A DNA stretch of 63,929 nucleotides, counting the filler, from Octopus bimaculoides (taxonomy: Eukaryota), in the NCBI RefSeq assembly GCF_001194135.2. It is 6 parts of 6 records of this genome, joined end to end, with 100 filler letters (N's around TTAATTAATTAA, not from the genome) between each part and the next. Parts side by side here need not be neighbours in the genome. Positions count along the whole stretch, not along the records: positions 1 to 3,892 come from NC_068981.1; positions 3,993 to 28,550 come from NC_068991.1; 4 more parts are not named here. One strand, written 5' to 3'. Position 1 is the first letter of the stretch. Every line of letters begins with the position of its first letter. The notes beneath the pieces are model-generated. The model did no database searches. It saw nothing but the letters and a program-made list of their open reading frames with translations, and had not been told where the DNA came from. Both the position numbers and the translations under genes were made by a program. Positions 1 to 12,628 of the stretch are shown in pieces.

Positions 1-200
1 TTGTGTCTGTGTTTGTACCCCCAGCATCGCTTGACAACCGATGCTGGTGTGTTTACGTCCCCGTAACATAGCGATTCGGCAAAAGAAACCGATAAAATAA
101 GTACTAAGCTTACAAAGAATAAGTCCTGGGGTCGATTTACTCGACTAAAGGCGGTGCTTCAGCATGGCCACAGTTAAATGACTGAAACAAGTAAAAGAGT
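1..200 (+). mobile_element. SINE 3' body module (type B)
   Basis: gcttgacaaccgatgctggtgtgtttacgtccccgtaac...gaataagtcctggggtcgat...gactgaaacaagtaaaagag recurs many times in the window on both strands. Confidence 0.85.
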
Positions 201-652
201 ATATATATATATATATACATACATACATACATACATACATGCATACGTTGGTGTCCCTGTGTTGTTTAGTACATGTGTTTGTTCAGTTGTTTCGGCAGCT
301 TAGTTGATTTTATGTTTTTATTTTTGTGTTGTGTTTCTATTTCTTGCTAGTGTAGGTGCTTTTTTGAAAATTACTTTATGGTTTGTTGGAGCGTTGGAGG
401 TGGGCTTTTCTGTTTGTTTATTTACCTATATGTATTCATTTGTATAGTCATCTAAGTTTGTTTTTTCATTTCACTTGTGTGTGTACGTATACGTAGGTTT
501 ATTTTAAAAATGGACTTATTTGAAAAGGGAATTAAAGCAGCTGTCCGTTAGTTAAATTTCTACTAGAATTTTCAGACACACACGTACACATACGCATTTA
601 TGCGCACACACACACACGCATTTATGCACACACACACACGCGCGCATTTATG

Positions 653-684
<32 letters not shown>

Positions 685-882
685 TACACACACACGCACG
701 CTGTAAATTTTAATGATGAACACCGCTGGGAAATCATAACAATTAAATTATACAATTGTGTGTTTAATTAAAATGTAATTTATATTGACGAAGATAACAT
801 CTACGTATCTATATATTTCCACATCTGTCAATCTATCCATCTATCTTCATATTCATATATGTGTCTAAATATATGAATGAAT

Positions 883-943
<61 letters not shown>

Positions 944-947
944 CATA

Positions 948-1878
948 TTCTTTTATTCTTTTACTTGTTTCAATCATTTGAGTGCGGACAAGCCGGAGCA
1001 CCGCCTTTAGTCGAACAAATCGACCCTAGAAATTATTCTTTGTAAGCCTAGTACCTACTTTANNNNNNNNNNNNNNNNNNNNNNNNNNNNNNNNNNNNNN
1101 NNNNNNNNNNNNNNNNNNNNNNNNNNNNNNNNNNNNNNNNNNNNNNNNNNNNNNNNNNNNNNNNNNNNNNNNNNNNNNNNNNNNNNNNNNNNNNNNNNNN
1201 NNNNNNNNNNNNNNNNNNNNNNNNNNNNNNNNNNNNNNNNNNNNNNNNNNNNNNNNNNNNNNNNNNNNNNNNNNNNNNNNNNNNNNNNNNNNNNNNNNNN
1301 NNNNNNNNNNNNNNNNNNNNNNNNNNNNNNNNNNNNNNNNNNNNNNNNNNNNNNNNNNNNNNNNNNNNNNNNNNNNNNNNNNNNNNNNNNNNNNNNNNNN
1401 NNNNNNNNNNNNNNNNNNNNNNNNNNNNNNNNNNNNNNNNNNNNNNNNNNNNNNNNNNNNNNNNNNNNNNNNNNNNNNNNNNNNNNNNNNNNNNNNNNNN
1501 NNNNNNNNNNNNNNNNNNNNNNNNNNNNNNNNNNNNNNNNNNNNNNNNNNNNNNNNNNNNNNNNNNNNNNNNNNNNNNNNNNNNNNNNNNNNNNNNNNNN
1601 NNNNNNNNNNNNNNNNNNNNNNNNNNNNNNNNNNNNNNNNNNNNNNNNNNNNNNNNNNNNNNNNNNNNNNNNNNNNNNNNNNNNNNNNNNNNNNNNNNNN
1701 NNNNNNNNNNNNNNNNNNNNNNNNNNNNNNNNNNNNTCCGTCTACCAAATCCTCTCATAAGGCTTTGGCCGGCGAAGCTATAGTTGAAGACACTTTCCCA
1801 TGGTACCACGCAGTATGACTGAACCCTGAACCATGTGGTTGGGAAGAAAGCATCTTACCCCACAGCTACGTCCGCGCC

Positions 1879-1880
<2 letters not shown>
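948..1880 (-). mobile_element. Composite SINE (tRNA-like head A + body B), interrupted by N gap
   Basis: Reverse complement of body B at 948-1062 and of head A at 1737-1880. Confidence 0.75.
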
Positions 1881-1915
<35 letters not shown>

Positions 1916-2714
1916 ACAGATACATTCATTTTATATCCCTGCGTGTGTGTGGAAAAGTGAATGAGTGTGTGCGTGTGTGTACTTCTGTGAGTGTGTGTGT
2001 ATACGAACTACATATCGCATTAAACATATTCAGTCAGACAGAAACGAAAGAATGATTAGACGATATTTTCTTGTAATGTCAAAATTCATTTAACTAAAAC
2101 GAAAATAAAAATAAGGATTGGGTTTATGTTTGTGATTAAGAAATTGTTTCCCTCAGTCATTAAGGCATTTGTTCGTTTAAATGAAGCAATTAATTCTTTT
2201 AATCAGCTGCTGTAATAAATAAGCTGACTTGTTTCTGCTGTTCTCATTTGTTTTGCACACTGGTCTTGCGCATACGATGTCAGCATTCTTTTTACACCAT
2301 GAAACCAAGGTGGATCACTATCTCTCTCAATCCCTCTCTCTGAATCTGTTTATCTCTCTCTCTCTCTCTCTCTCTATCTCTATCTTTATCTCAGTCTTCC
2401 CCCCTTTCTCTCTCTCCCTTTAATTAACAAAGCACGTGTTTTGTGTTTTCTCACCAATAAAACGGGAGAAATGAGTTCAGTCTTTTCTTTATTGATCTAA
2501 CGACTAATGCGGTCTCTATTGTGTTTGTTTTGGCATTTTAGTTGCAGTAATTGATGCACAAACTCTGCTTTCTACAAGTTCAATAAAAATAACCAATATT
2601 CTCGTGGGTTTAAATCATTAAATGTTGGGAAACCAATCAAGTTCTTATTTCATTTGTTTGTGGAAGATTGATTCTGTCTCCTTGTAAAATTCTTCTTCGC
2701 TATCCTCACTTTAG

Positions 2715-2810
2715 ACATCATCTTCTATCACTTAGCTTCTATTTACTTCAGCCCTGAGAATAGGGCCAGGATGTGGCGTACCCTTGCTGAGATAGTCGAA
2801 CAAATGTACA
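2715..2810 (+). CDS. Candidate isolated internal exon, product unknown: (x)IIFYHLASIYFSPENRARMWRTLAEIVEQMY; alternative acceptor at 2752
   Basis: Polypyrimidine + ttag acceptor (or ttacttcag before 2752); strong donor CA|GTAAGT at 2810/2811; 96 nt, phase 1-1; only one of three frames open. Confidence 0.45.
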
Positions 2811-2984
2811 GTAAGTTTTCCTTACGTCTGGTACTTATGCAAGGAGGTGGAGATCAAACACGAACACAAAGAAGCACACATATGGATACATGTATAAATA
2901 TATATTCATATATANNNNNNNNNNTATATATATGTATATGTATGTATGTATATATATATAGACGTAAATTGCAACTTAATCACC

Positions 2985-3400
2985 GGACTCCATAAGCCTT
3001 ATATGAAAGAAAACCTGCCTTAATATATATAAATAATTCTAGGAACCATCCCCAGCAACTAAAAAGAGCCCTACTACTAAATATAGGTTAAAGGATTTCA
3101 AAAGTCTCATCTAATGAAGAGATCTTTAATAAACACAAGGATAAGTACAAAATAACACTAAAAATGCAGGATATAAAGAAAAGATCACATACTCCGCCAG
3201 ACACATTAATGGTAATAGGAATAATACTATAAATAATACTAATACCGTGAACTATAATAATGCATTCAAAGCAAATAACAATAATATAAATGTTAATATT
3301 ATTAATAATAGAAATAATAGCGCCAATAATAAGGATAATAGCAAAATAGACAGCTTATCTATAGATCCTAAGATTAAACGTGGAAACCTCGAGTAAACGG
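2985..3400 (+). mobile_element. Penelope-like element, decayed RT C-terminal/thumb region plus Asn-rich linker
   Basis: Frameshifted translation HKPYMKEN..YI..NHPQQLKRAL..RISKVSSNEEIFNKHK..NAGYKEKITY matches the PLE post-RT pattern (KP..YI..SNHP..RIS.LSS.E..F..Y..AL..GY). Confidence 0.65.
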
Positions 3401-3562
3401 ATGCACAATAACTACAGAAGCCTGGATAAGGCAACCACCACCAGCCCCAATAATTTTGACAACTGCAACGCTACAAAGGATAAGTACGAAAATAACAATA
3501 GAAGCATTAGAAATATGAAAAAAATGACCCATGAATAATAATAAAAGTAATAACAGTAATAA

Positions 3563-3892
3563 CTGAATGCCTTCCCAGAAAGCCATGAACTGCTAACAAA
3601 ACTTTACAACGATGTTTTGCAAAATCCTAGTTTGATGCCCTTTTGGCTAGTTAATGGTTTAACATTCCTGCTTCCAAAAAATGAGGAAACAAACGAACCA
3701 AAAAATTATCGCCCCATAACCTGCTTAACAACAATGTATAAGACGCTAACATCTGTCCTAACCGAGTACACCTATAGTTTTTTAATAGAAAGTAGCATAT
3801 TCCCTAATGAGCAAAAGGGATGTAAACGTGGATCTTATGGTTGTAAAGATCAGCTACTCATCAATAAGATGATCTTAGAAGATTGTCACAAG
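3563..3892 (+). mobile_element. R4/Dong-like (RLE-type) non-LTR retrotransposon RT fragment
   Basis: LNAFPESHELL...GLTFLLPK..PKNYRPITCLTTMYK..EQKGCKRGSYGCKDQLLINK: RT domains 1-2 with the R4-clade signature; truncated by the linker. Confidence 0.8.
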
Positions 3893-3992
3893 NNNNNNNN
3901 NNNNNNNNNNNNNNNNNNNNNNNNNNNNNNNNNNNNTTAATTAATTAANNNNNNNNNNNNNNNNNNNNNNNNNNNNNNNNNNNNNNNNNNNN
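3893..3992. other. Artificial scaffold-joining spacer
   Basis: 44 N + TTAATTAATTAA (stop codons in all six frames) + 44 N. Confidence 0.95.
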
Positions 3993-4049
<57 letters not shown>

Positions 4050-4212
4050 TATGTATATATATCATATATTCATGCGAATACATATATTTACATAGGTAGG
4101 TATACATATACCTATATGTATGTATGTGTGTGTGTGTATTTACCTATGTATTAAATCTTTTACTTTTAATTAAAAATATAGCGTTTTTCATTTTTCATTT
4201 TGTAATATACAG

Positions 4213-4251
4213 ACTTCCGTGTTTTTACGTCATTTCCGCCTAAACCAATCA
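4213..4251. promoter_or_regulatory. Candidate promoter motif cluster (ETS-like, CRE/ATF, E2F-like, CCAAT)
   Basis: acttccgt 4213-4220, ttacgtca 4225-4232, tttccgcc 4233-4240, aaccaatca 4243-4251, all within 39 nt. Confidence 0.35.
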
Positions 4252-5269
4252 CAAGGCCGCCAAATTGTTCAAGACAACAACATCTGATTTTTAGCTACGT
4301 TTTAAAACCGTTTCGTTTCAGCGATTCTATTCAGTTCCCAGACCTTACTTAATAATAACAACTGTCAATAGAGTTTCACTTCTATCTTTTTCATAAGACA
4401 GCATTAATTATTTTTAATGCAACAAAAATTGATTTTCCGTTGTGTATTCGTTGCTCTGACGGTTAGCTGTCTGCTGTTTTTAACAGATTGAGGATGTTGT
4501 TGTTACTATTGTTGCTTTTTGTTGGCATTGTTGTTGTTGTTGTTTTAGTTGCCGTTGATTTGTTGCCCTTAAATATCCAAAATAAGACTAGTTTGTCATA
4601 CCTTTGTTGGTTATTGGAACTAAGTCCGTCTGTTATTGCTCAGGCAACGACACCACACATGTCTACCTCTGTTTATATCGTACCAGTATATTGTTTTTAT
4701 ATGTATGCATATATACACGTACATCTAGCTATTCATCAAAATGTATACATTGTGTGTATATATCGTTAAGTATATGATTATAAACTGAAGACCACTTCAA
4801 ATATGTTTGAGAGATAATTGAACCCATAAAGGATTTTCACTGACTTACGCGACAACTTCTTCGCCACAACAAACTGCAGAGAAAAGCGTTCACAGCTTCA
4901 AATGCCTCTTTAATTTGTATACTTCCTGTCCCTGGTTCATGCATCTTCCCCTATACATATACGAGGTCTTTGGAATATTCAACCTCTAACATTCTATATC
5001 GCTGATAAGAATTTTCATTTCATCAAACAACTAAGATATTCATCGTTGAAACCGATGAGATCCCACTCATTATGCATATTTCATTTTATTTCCTAGCGCA
5101 GCTTTCCACGTTGGGTGCAACACATTTTCGCCGACTTGCGATAGAATTTCTTACTTAGAGTTGCGTCAGCCAATATTTATATTCTCAAAGACTAACTCAT
5201 TCTTTAAATGTAACACAACGCATCTCTCGCCCCGAATCCTTCCCTTAAGGCATCTCTTTACGTATTTAT

Positions 5270-5560
5270 TATCAGGAAATTTAACCCCATGAAATAAGGC
5301 TAAGTTGCATCCATATAAAATTTCTGAGTATAATTTCTGCTGTGGTCTGATTTCTTCAATCTTTCTTTCTATTACTCGTTCATATATATGATATCACCTT
5401 CTTTTTTTCCGCCCTTCTCCATTCTATTATCCTATAGATTGAATCCAATAGCAGCCAATTCTGATTTAGCCATAAATCTAAGACATCTCACCTCTATTCG
5501 AAATAGTGATCTGCTCAACATTTTCCCTTTCGCCTGACTCCTTCAAACTCTGAAACTTAA
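5270..5560 (-). mobile_element. Ancient RTE-like LINE 3' remnant
   Basis: Minus-strand fragments LFRIEVRCLRFMA and ERVIERKIEEIRPQ resemble the RTE C-terminal motifs FEMRCLR..A and G.IEG.RPRGRP. Confidence 0.35.
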
Positions 5561-6100
5561 TAGCTTTAAGTGGTCGTAAGAGCAATGCCGTGGTGTTTAT
5601 CTCGAACTGAACTTCGATCCCTCAAAGAAACACGAAAAAATTTCATTTCCTATTTAGAAATTTTATGCATTTCATGCATTTTATGCCTTTTTCCTTTTAT
5701 ACGCGACTAGAGTCGGAGTAGGATGGCATATTGTGAGACGTTCATAGCTTTCTGAAAGGGTTAGTGGTCTCACCGAACTAAAAATAGATTCTCGTTTACT
5801 GTTTCTAGCTGCTGAGCAGCGGACTTGGATAGGGTGGGGGCGTAGAGCTTTCAAAGTTCGGTTTGTAGTCAATGATATCGATCTCAATGCTTAATCTTGC
5901 ACACATTTTATCGACCTTTATTTATTGAATGGCTGCTTTTAGTTTGATTCACACCTTTTATTTTGGGAGTTACCTATCCGCAGTAACTAAAACGACAAAA
6001 AACGACAGAAGGATATGCTGAACCCAAAACCAAAGGAATAAACATCCTGACGGATATTGGCACGCGCACACGCACGCACACACACAAAAGCACAAATATA

Positions 6101-6175
6101 CAGAAATCCCTCGAGTATCGCGGGTGTTATGTTAAAAAAAATCCCTGCGTTCGGAGAAAATCCGCGAAGTAGAAA
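6101..6175 (+). mobile_element. Tigger/pogo-like terminal fragment
   Basis: TA|CAGAAATCCCTCGAGTATCGCGGG...AAAATCCGCGAAG resembles Tigger-type ends; no partner TIR seen. Confidence 0.35.
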
Positions 6176-6299
6176 CAGTACTGTACTGTATATTTTTTTT
6201 AATTATTTTTATAATTTGTATACATTTGCTTTATTATAAATGCAAAACAACACCACGGAGGATTTTACCCGGTCTGCAAACGGTTCTGGTTTGAAAACA

Positions 6300-6715
6300 T
6301 TAAATGATTATTTTTACTATTGTTGTAGGGAGGACCAGTCGACAACATCGTCCCCAGAATTTCACTGGTACTTAATTTATCGACCTTGAAAGGATGAAAG
6401 GCAAAGTCGACCTCGGTGGAATTTGATCTCAGAACGTAAAGACAGACGAAATAATGCTAAGCATTTTTCGCTGCGTGCAAACGATTCTACCTCAGAGCAT
6501 TAAATCAATTCTTTTTACTATAGGCATAAGACCCGAAATTTGGTGTAGGGAGGGCCAGTCGACAACATGGACCCCAGTGCTTCACTGATTAGCACTTATT
6601 TTATCGACTCCGAAAGGATGAGAAGCAATGGCGACCTTGGCGAAATTTGATGTCAGACTATAAACACGGACGAAATACCGAACTAACGAACGATTCTGCC
6701 AGCTCCCCACCTGAG
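6300..6715 (-). mobile_element. Two adjacent copies of SINE type C
   Basis: Reverse complement of gagctggcagaatcgttagc...gagttcaaattcc.ccgaggtcgactttgcctttcatcctt..ggtcgataaa, seen twice (about 6300-6498 and 6515-6715). Confidence 0.8.
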
Positions 6716-7223
6716 AGCAATAAATAAAAAAATAAAAGCAAAAACTAGAAATAATTATATGGCAAATGTAACTTCAATCTAGAATTGAAACCGTGCCATT
6801 GTTAATTTGGCCTCTTATTTCGTTTGTATAATTACGTTGAAAGGTTATATGTTGTGGGAGTCTGTTTCGTTGTTTGTACTCAACACTGTTTGTTCGAAGA
6901 CAACCACTCAGAATATAAAAAGAGAAACAAAAATAAATACGAACCAAAGTTTGGAAAGAAAAATAATCGGAACATGTGCAAATATTTTCAACAATAACAC
7001 CAAAACTAAATAAACAGCTTAGCCATTAAAATAAGTTCAGGGATTATTAAACATATGAGATATTTATTTATTTATTTATTGAACATTTTGTGTATTTCTC
7101 CTCTGAACTCCAGAGGTCATGTCAAAGCAACTCTCGGGATTTTGGCTTTGTTGTGAATGCTTGTTTGTTTGACTCCATTTATTTCATTTTATTTATTTAT
7201 TTATGTATTTATTTATTTATTTA

Positions 7224-7280
<57 letters not shown>

Positions 7281-7349
7281 AGAAAGTGAGAGAGTGAGAT
7301 AATATTAATGAGAATGCCGAAAGTGGAGGTTAGTTTGATATTGTTTTAG

Positions 7350-7387
<38 letters not shown>

Positions 7388-8224
7388 GTTTGTTTTTACT
7401 TTTTTGTTTCTCTATGAGTAAAGATTTTGTTGCCTTGCTTTCGCTGTTATTACAGTGTTTCTTTTTTTTTGTTGATTTCTGTTTTTGTACTTTAGCTTTT
7501 TTGTTGTTGTTTTATTTTTACCCCTACTCCTCCTCCTCCTCTCCATCCTTCTCGTCTTTCTTTTATTATTATCTTCCATAAATTTTCTGAAAATTCTTTA
7601 ACAAACAGTTTTATGTTAGAAGTGTTTCTATAACCAACAAGACATGAAATTTGTGGCCCATGATTAAAAGAAATCAAAATACAAACTATAAAACGCCGAA
7701 ACGAAACAAAAGAAAATACAAACTACAAACAACAATGACTACAAAAAGAAAGAATGTGAAGCATAAAACGAAACGAAATATAATCCACACACACTGTGAC
7801 CCAACTGACATCAGTGACCACAATATCTTGAGGTTCTCCATGCGTCCATTTCCAAATGCTATCACTTTGATTATTGAAGCTGGATATAGCTTAGGTGTTT
7901 TATTACTTTTCTTCTTTCTGCTTTTTGTTGTTTTTTTTTTCGATCTCAATTTTGCTTCTTCAGTTAAGATAACTTTTGTGAGCAAAAGATGCAACAGTAA
8001 CAACCACAAGAGCAAAAAATGAAGGCTACATAACAAACACTAGCAGCAAACATGAAGCAGAAAATTTACTAATAAACGTGACATTATTTTTAATTTAGAG
8101 CGAACCTCTGCGATCGAGGGTCTTCGAGGTTCTCGACCCTTCTTGTTATCATTATTTCTTGTTATTCGTTCGATCTGGAAGGAAGTGTGCTAACCCTAAC
8201 CGGTCATTTGCACAGTCAAAGTCA

Positions 8225-8783
8225 AATCTTTTACTGGTTTCAATCATTAGATTGCGGCCATGCTGGGAGAATTTGTAGTCAAATGAATCTACCCTAGTAC
8301 TTACATTTTGTTAAGCTTGGTATTTACCCTATTGATATCTTTTGCCGAATCGCTGGTTATAGGGACGTAAATACACCAACACCGGTTCTCAAAGCGGTGG
8401 TGCGGGACAAAAGAGTCACAAGGACAGACAGACACACAGATACACATTCGACAGGCTTCTCTCAGTTTTCGTCCACCAAGTCCACTAACAAGGCTTTAGT
8501 CGACCCGTGGCTATAGTAGAAGACACTTTCCCAGAGTACCACGCAGTAAGAATGAACACAAAGCCATGTAGTTGGGAAGCAAACTTCAAACCACGAAATT
8601 TTGGAGGAGGGGGCCAGTCGATTAGATCGACCCCAGTACGGAACTGATATTTAATTTATCGAATCCGAAAGGATGAAAGGCAAAGTCTACCTCAGCAGAA
8701 TTTGAACTCAGAGCGTAAAGACAGACGAAATACCGCTAAGCATTTCACCCGGCGTGCTAACGATTCTACCAGCTCGCCGCCTT
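8225..8783 (-). mobile_element. SINE A+B (8225-8595) abutting SINE C (8597-8783)
   Basis: Matches other copies in the window. Confidence 0.8.
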
Positions 8784-9454
8784 GAGAGACAAGTAATTAT
8801 TAACCCAGGAATGGTGGTACGGTGATGACAAGGTCGATAAATTAAGTACCATTTGCGTACGGGGGTCGATCTCATCGACTGGCACCTTCCCTCATCTTCC
8901 CACACACACACGTATGTACACGTACTCAGACATACGCACACACACGCGCACACGCACACACACACATGCACACACGCGCAGACACCCATGCTCGTACATA
9001 AACACGCACACACTTGTACGTACAGAATGAGACATATCACAAACTCAATGAACACACACACACACATATATACACACACACCTTCTTAGGGTTTAACCAC
9101 TCAGTACATAAAACAGTGCCTTTATACTATTTTATGAATACAAACATTTTCCACGATGAAAATGTGGTACAGATCTATCATACAATTTCTGAAGAAATCA
9201 GCTGCCAAACAAATTAAAAACCGGAAATTGGGAAACTAAGATGGAGTTCAAAAAGGACTGATAAGTTGTGAATTAATGGAGGACAGAAAAGTCGAAGCCG
9301 CATTCATTTGGAGTAAAATGTTGCATAGTAACGAATGGATAGATTCGGTTGAGCGTCTGTTAAAACGACTTGTGATAATTACTCAAGGTCACAATGCAGT
9401 GATCGTCAGTTGATTTCTTTTACGTTCGTTGTTTTGATGTTGCTAACTAAATAT

Positions 9455-9600
9455 TCTACTCTAGGCACAAGGCCCGAAATTTTGGAGGAAGGGGGCCAGT
9501 TGATTAGATCGACCCCAGTACGCAACTGGTACTTAATTTATCGACCCCGAAAGGATGAAAGGCAGAGTCGACCTTAGAACGTAAAGGCAGAGTAGAAAAG
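9455..9600 (-). mobile_element. Partial SINE C
   Basis: ggcacaaggcccgaaatttt...atcgaccccgaaaggatgaaaggc core. Confidence 0.75.
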
Positions 9601-9604
9601 ATTA

Positions 9605-9682
<78 letters not shown>
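9605..9682. repeat. (ATT)n microsatellite
   Basis: Pure ATT run ending at a gap. Confidence 0.95.
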
Positions 9683-9911
9683 NNNNNNNNNNNNNNNNNN
9701 NNNNNNNNNNNNNNNNNNNNNNNNNNNNNNNNNNNNNNNNNNNNNNNNNNNNNNNNNNNNNNNNNNNNNNNNNNNNNNNNNNNNNNNNNNNNNNNNNNNN
9801 NNNNNNNNNNNNNNNNNNNNNNNNNNNNNNNNNNNNNNNNNNNNNNNNNNTACCTCTTCCCAGATCATAACCCAACTTTGTTTTATTATTATTATTTTTT
9901 TTTTTTATTAC

Positions 9912-9953
<42 letters not shown>

Positions 9954-10912
9954 TAAGGCAGCAAGCTGACAGAATTATTTTCACGCCTGATAAAATTCTT
10001 GGTGGCATTTCTTTCGCCAGTTGCTAAAAATAGCGACTAGACCTTTCTCTCAAATACTCTATAATGCTTTGTAAAATGAAGGCAACGTTGCCTAATTTAC
10101 TCCTAGACACACAAAAGTATAGTTTCCTCCAGCACATCAGTTATAAAAGTATAAAGCCTCTAAGTGTTCGTTCCATTTGCTAAAAATAGTAGCCATTTCT
10201 CTTTCTCAAATATTCTACAATGTTTCGTAAAATCAAGGCAACATTCACTAATTTAATCCTAGATACACAAAAAGAAAGCATGGTCATGGCTGAAAAAGCT
10301 TTGATCATTGTACAGTTCAATAAGGACTGACCTTGGGTCAAGTAATTGCTATAATTTGCTACTGCTCTTAGTTCTATCACCTCATCTTTCTTCTCCATCT
10401 CTATTTCAATTACTACCAAAACCTCCATTACTACAGTAGTTTCCTACTGCCACCTGCATTACAACGTGGCACCACCACTTCCACACTGACTGACACAGCC
10501 ATCACCTAAACTACCAGATTTAATAACGCCATAAAAGCACGCCACTAGTATGAACCTATCGCCAAAAATAAAGTAACCCAAAGCATCACCGCCGCCAATG
10601 TACATCACATGAAAAACTCTTTTGTAAACATTAGGGGAAAAAATGGAAAAATAAAAAAAAATATACAATTATTTTCAAAGTTGGGGTGAGAACCCAGAAA
10701 TATATGTGAAAAAATGCGAAGGGAAAAAAAACGTTTATAAAAAGATAAGTTGCTTGCATGTAGATATATGAAGACAGATAGATCGATAACTGTATTAGAG
10801 TTGTCCTACACCGTCATTTGTAAACATAGTTGTCGACTAATAACAGTTGGTAAATCAAAGGATATTGTAATAAGTTCCTTACGCTGGAGATTGGATAATA
10901 ACGGTTGGGGTT

Positions 10913-11217
10913 AAGATGGCGGACGAGAGGGCGGTAGGGTAAAATGGCGGATGAGAGAACGGCGAAGTAAGATGGTGGGTGAGAGGGTGGTGGAGGAAGA
11001 TGGCTGATGAGAGGATGGTTGGGTAAAATGGCGGATGAGAGAACGGCGGAGTAAGATGGCGGATGAGAGGGTGGTAGGGTAAAATAGCAGATGAGAGGAT
11101 GGTCGGGTAAAATGGTAGATGAGAGGACGGTACAGTAAGATTGTGGAGTAAAATGGCGGATGACAGGGTAGTTAAGTAAGATTGCGGATAAGAGAATAGA
11201 GCTGAGTAAGATCGGGG
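10913..11217. repeat. 28-bp minisatellite with an 84-bp higher-order period, containing YY1-consensus motifs
   Basis: AARATGGCGG-like motif at 10913, 10941, 10969, 10997, 11025, 11053, 11081, 11109 and 11137, exactly 28 nt apart; further units at 11150, 11178 and 11208. Confidence 0.9.
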
Positions 11218-11363
11218 TAGGTTCAGAGTCGCAGAGGAAGCAAAGCAAATACAAGAATAGTGACAGAATTAAATGACAAAAAACAGTCTAAGCCTTATAA
11301 GTTGTATATTACTGTAATTATTTTTTTTTGTTTCTTTTAGTCAGAGGGGTGGGTCAGTATCTT

Positions 11364-11505
11364 TTATTTTACCAAATCCATTTACAAGGCTTTGGTTGGC
11401 CCAAGGTTATAGTTGAAGACACTTACCCAAGGTACCATGCAGTGGGACTGAATCCGGAACCATGTAGTTGGAAAGCAAGCTTCTTACCACACAGCCACGC
11501 CTGCA
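11364..11505 (-). mobile_element. SINE head A
   Basis: Reverse complement of gcaggcgtggctgtgtggtaagaagcttgct...ggttccggattcagtccc. Confidence 0.8.
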
Positions 11506-12580
11506 CTAAAGATTCTTTCAGGTCGCCTCCTTGAAGAATTGAAACAAATACCGCTGAGTTTTCTTTCCGACACCCTAACGATTTTACCAATGTGCCTCTT
11601 GGTCCCACGGTACCAGATGATGATTTTAAAACGAGTGATGGAATTGATCAACCACGCAAGTAAGCCAGAATTTGAACTCAGAATGCCATCGTTCGGAAGT
11701 ATTAGGGAAAGTCATCCAGTTTAAAGTTCTTGCATTTCTACTAATCCACCAGTCTGGATTTACCGACCCCCAAAGAAAAAAACTGCAATGTCGACTTCAG
11801 CTAGACTTGAACACAGGTCATTCATAGCGTCGGAAGAAATCTATCCGATGCGCTAACGATTCTGCCAGTTTGATATTTTTGTTTAACCACGTGTCTGCTT
11901 TGACCGGGAAGCGTATTGATCAGAGGCTTTTCATACGTACCTATCAAGTCATTTCTTATATAGTTTAATTCAAATGATGCTGTCTTTCCCATTTTTTAAC
12001 TGAAAACGGCAAGTTGAGATAAGTGGGAGATTTAAATGCTTTGTCTAGCAAGTCCAGTGGCCATACTGAGTCTCCCTGTTTATTAAAATGCTGATGGCAA
12101 TAAAGACATATTCATCTTTTTTAAACTTCTTTCGATTTCTTATATAAGTTACTGTTCATATTCATCATAAGCTGTCATTATTAATTGTTCCTGTCTTTGT
12201 TGTCTCTTCACTGCTTGCGCGCGCATGTGTGAGTTTACGTGTGTGTGTGTGTGAGAGAGATAGTGTGTGTGTTTGTACGTGTGTACGAGCATATGCGTGT
12301 GTGTGTGTGTGTGTGTGTGTTAATGGGAAAGAAGGTATGTGTAGGCTCCCTGTATTATAATTAAAATTACTTTTGCCTGTTAGAAAACTACGAATAAATG
12401 GTAAAAACGTGGTAATGTGCATTGGGAGATGTGAGAGAGGCAAGGAAGAAGATACATAAATATAAATATATGAATATTGACATAAGTATGCGTGTATGTA
12501 TATACATATATTTATGCGTGAATATATATGTACACATATAGCTATGTCTGTGTGTGTGTGTTTGTGCCTGCATACAAACA

Positions 12581-12628
<48 letters not shown>

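Noticed and set aside
2752-5892. Joining exon 2715-2810 to a phase-compatible segment at 5809 (AEQRTWIGWGRRAFKVR...)
   Set aside because: The two lie on different pieces, separated by the synthetic linker at 3893-3992; the 5809 segment alone has weak support.
8102-8141. H-type pseudoknot (gaacctc/gaggttc and gagggtc/gaccctt)
   Set aside because: The 2-nt loop 3 is too short to span a 7-bp stem; no ribozyme or frameshift context.
10021-10275. About 97-bp direct repeat pair
   Set aside because: It follows a degenerate SINE C head and looks like diverged SINE tail sequence, not a functional array.
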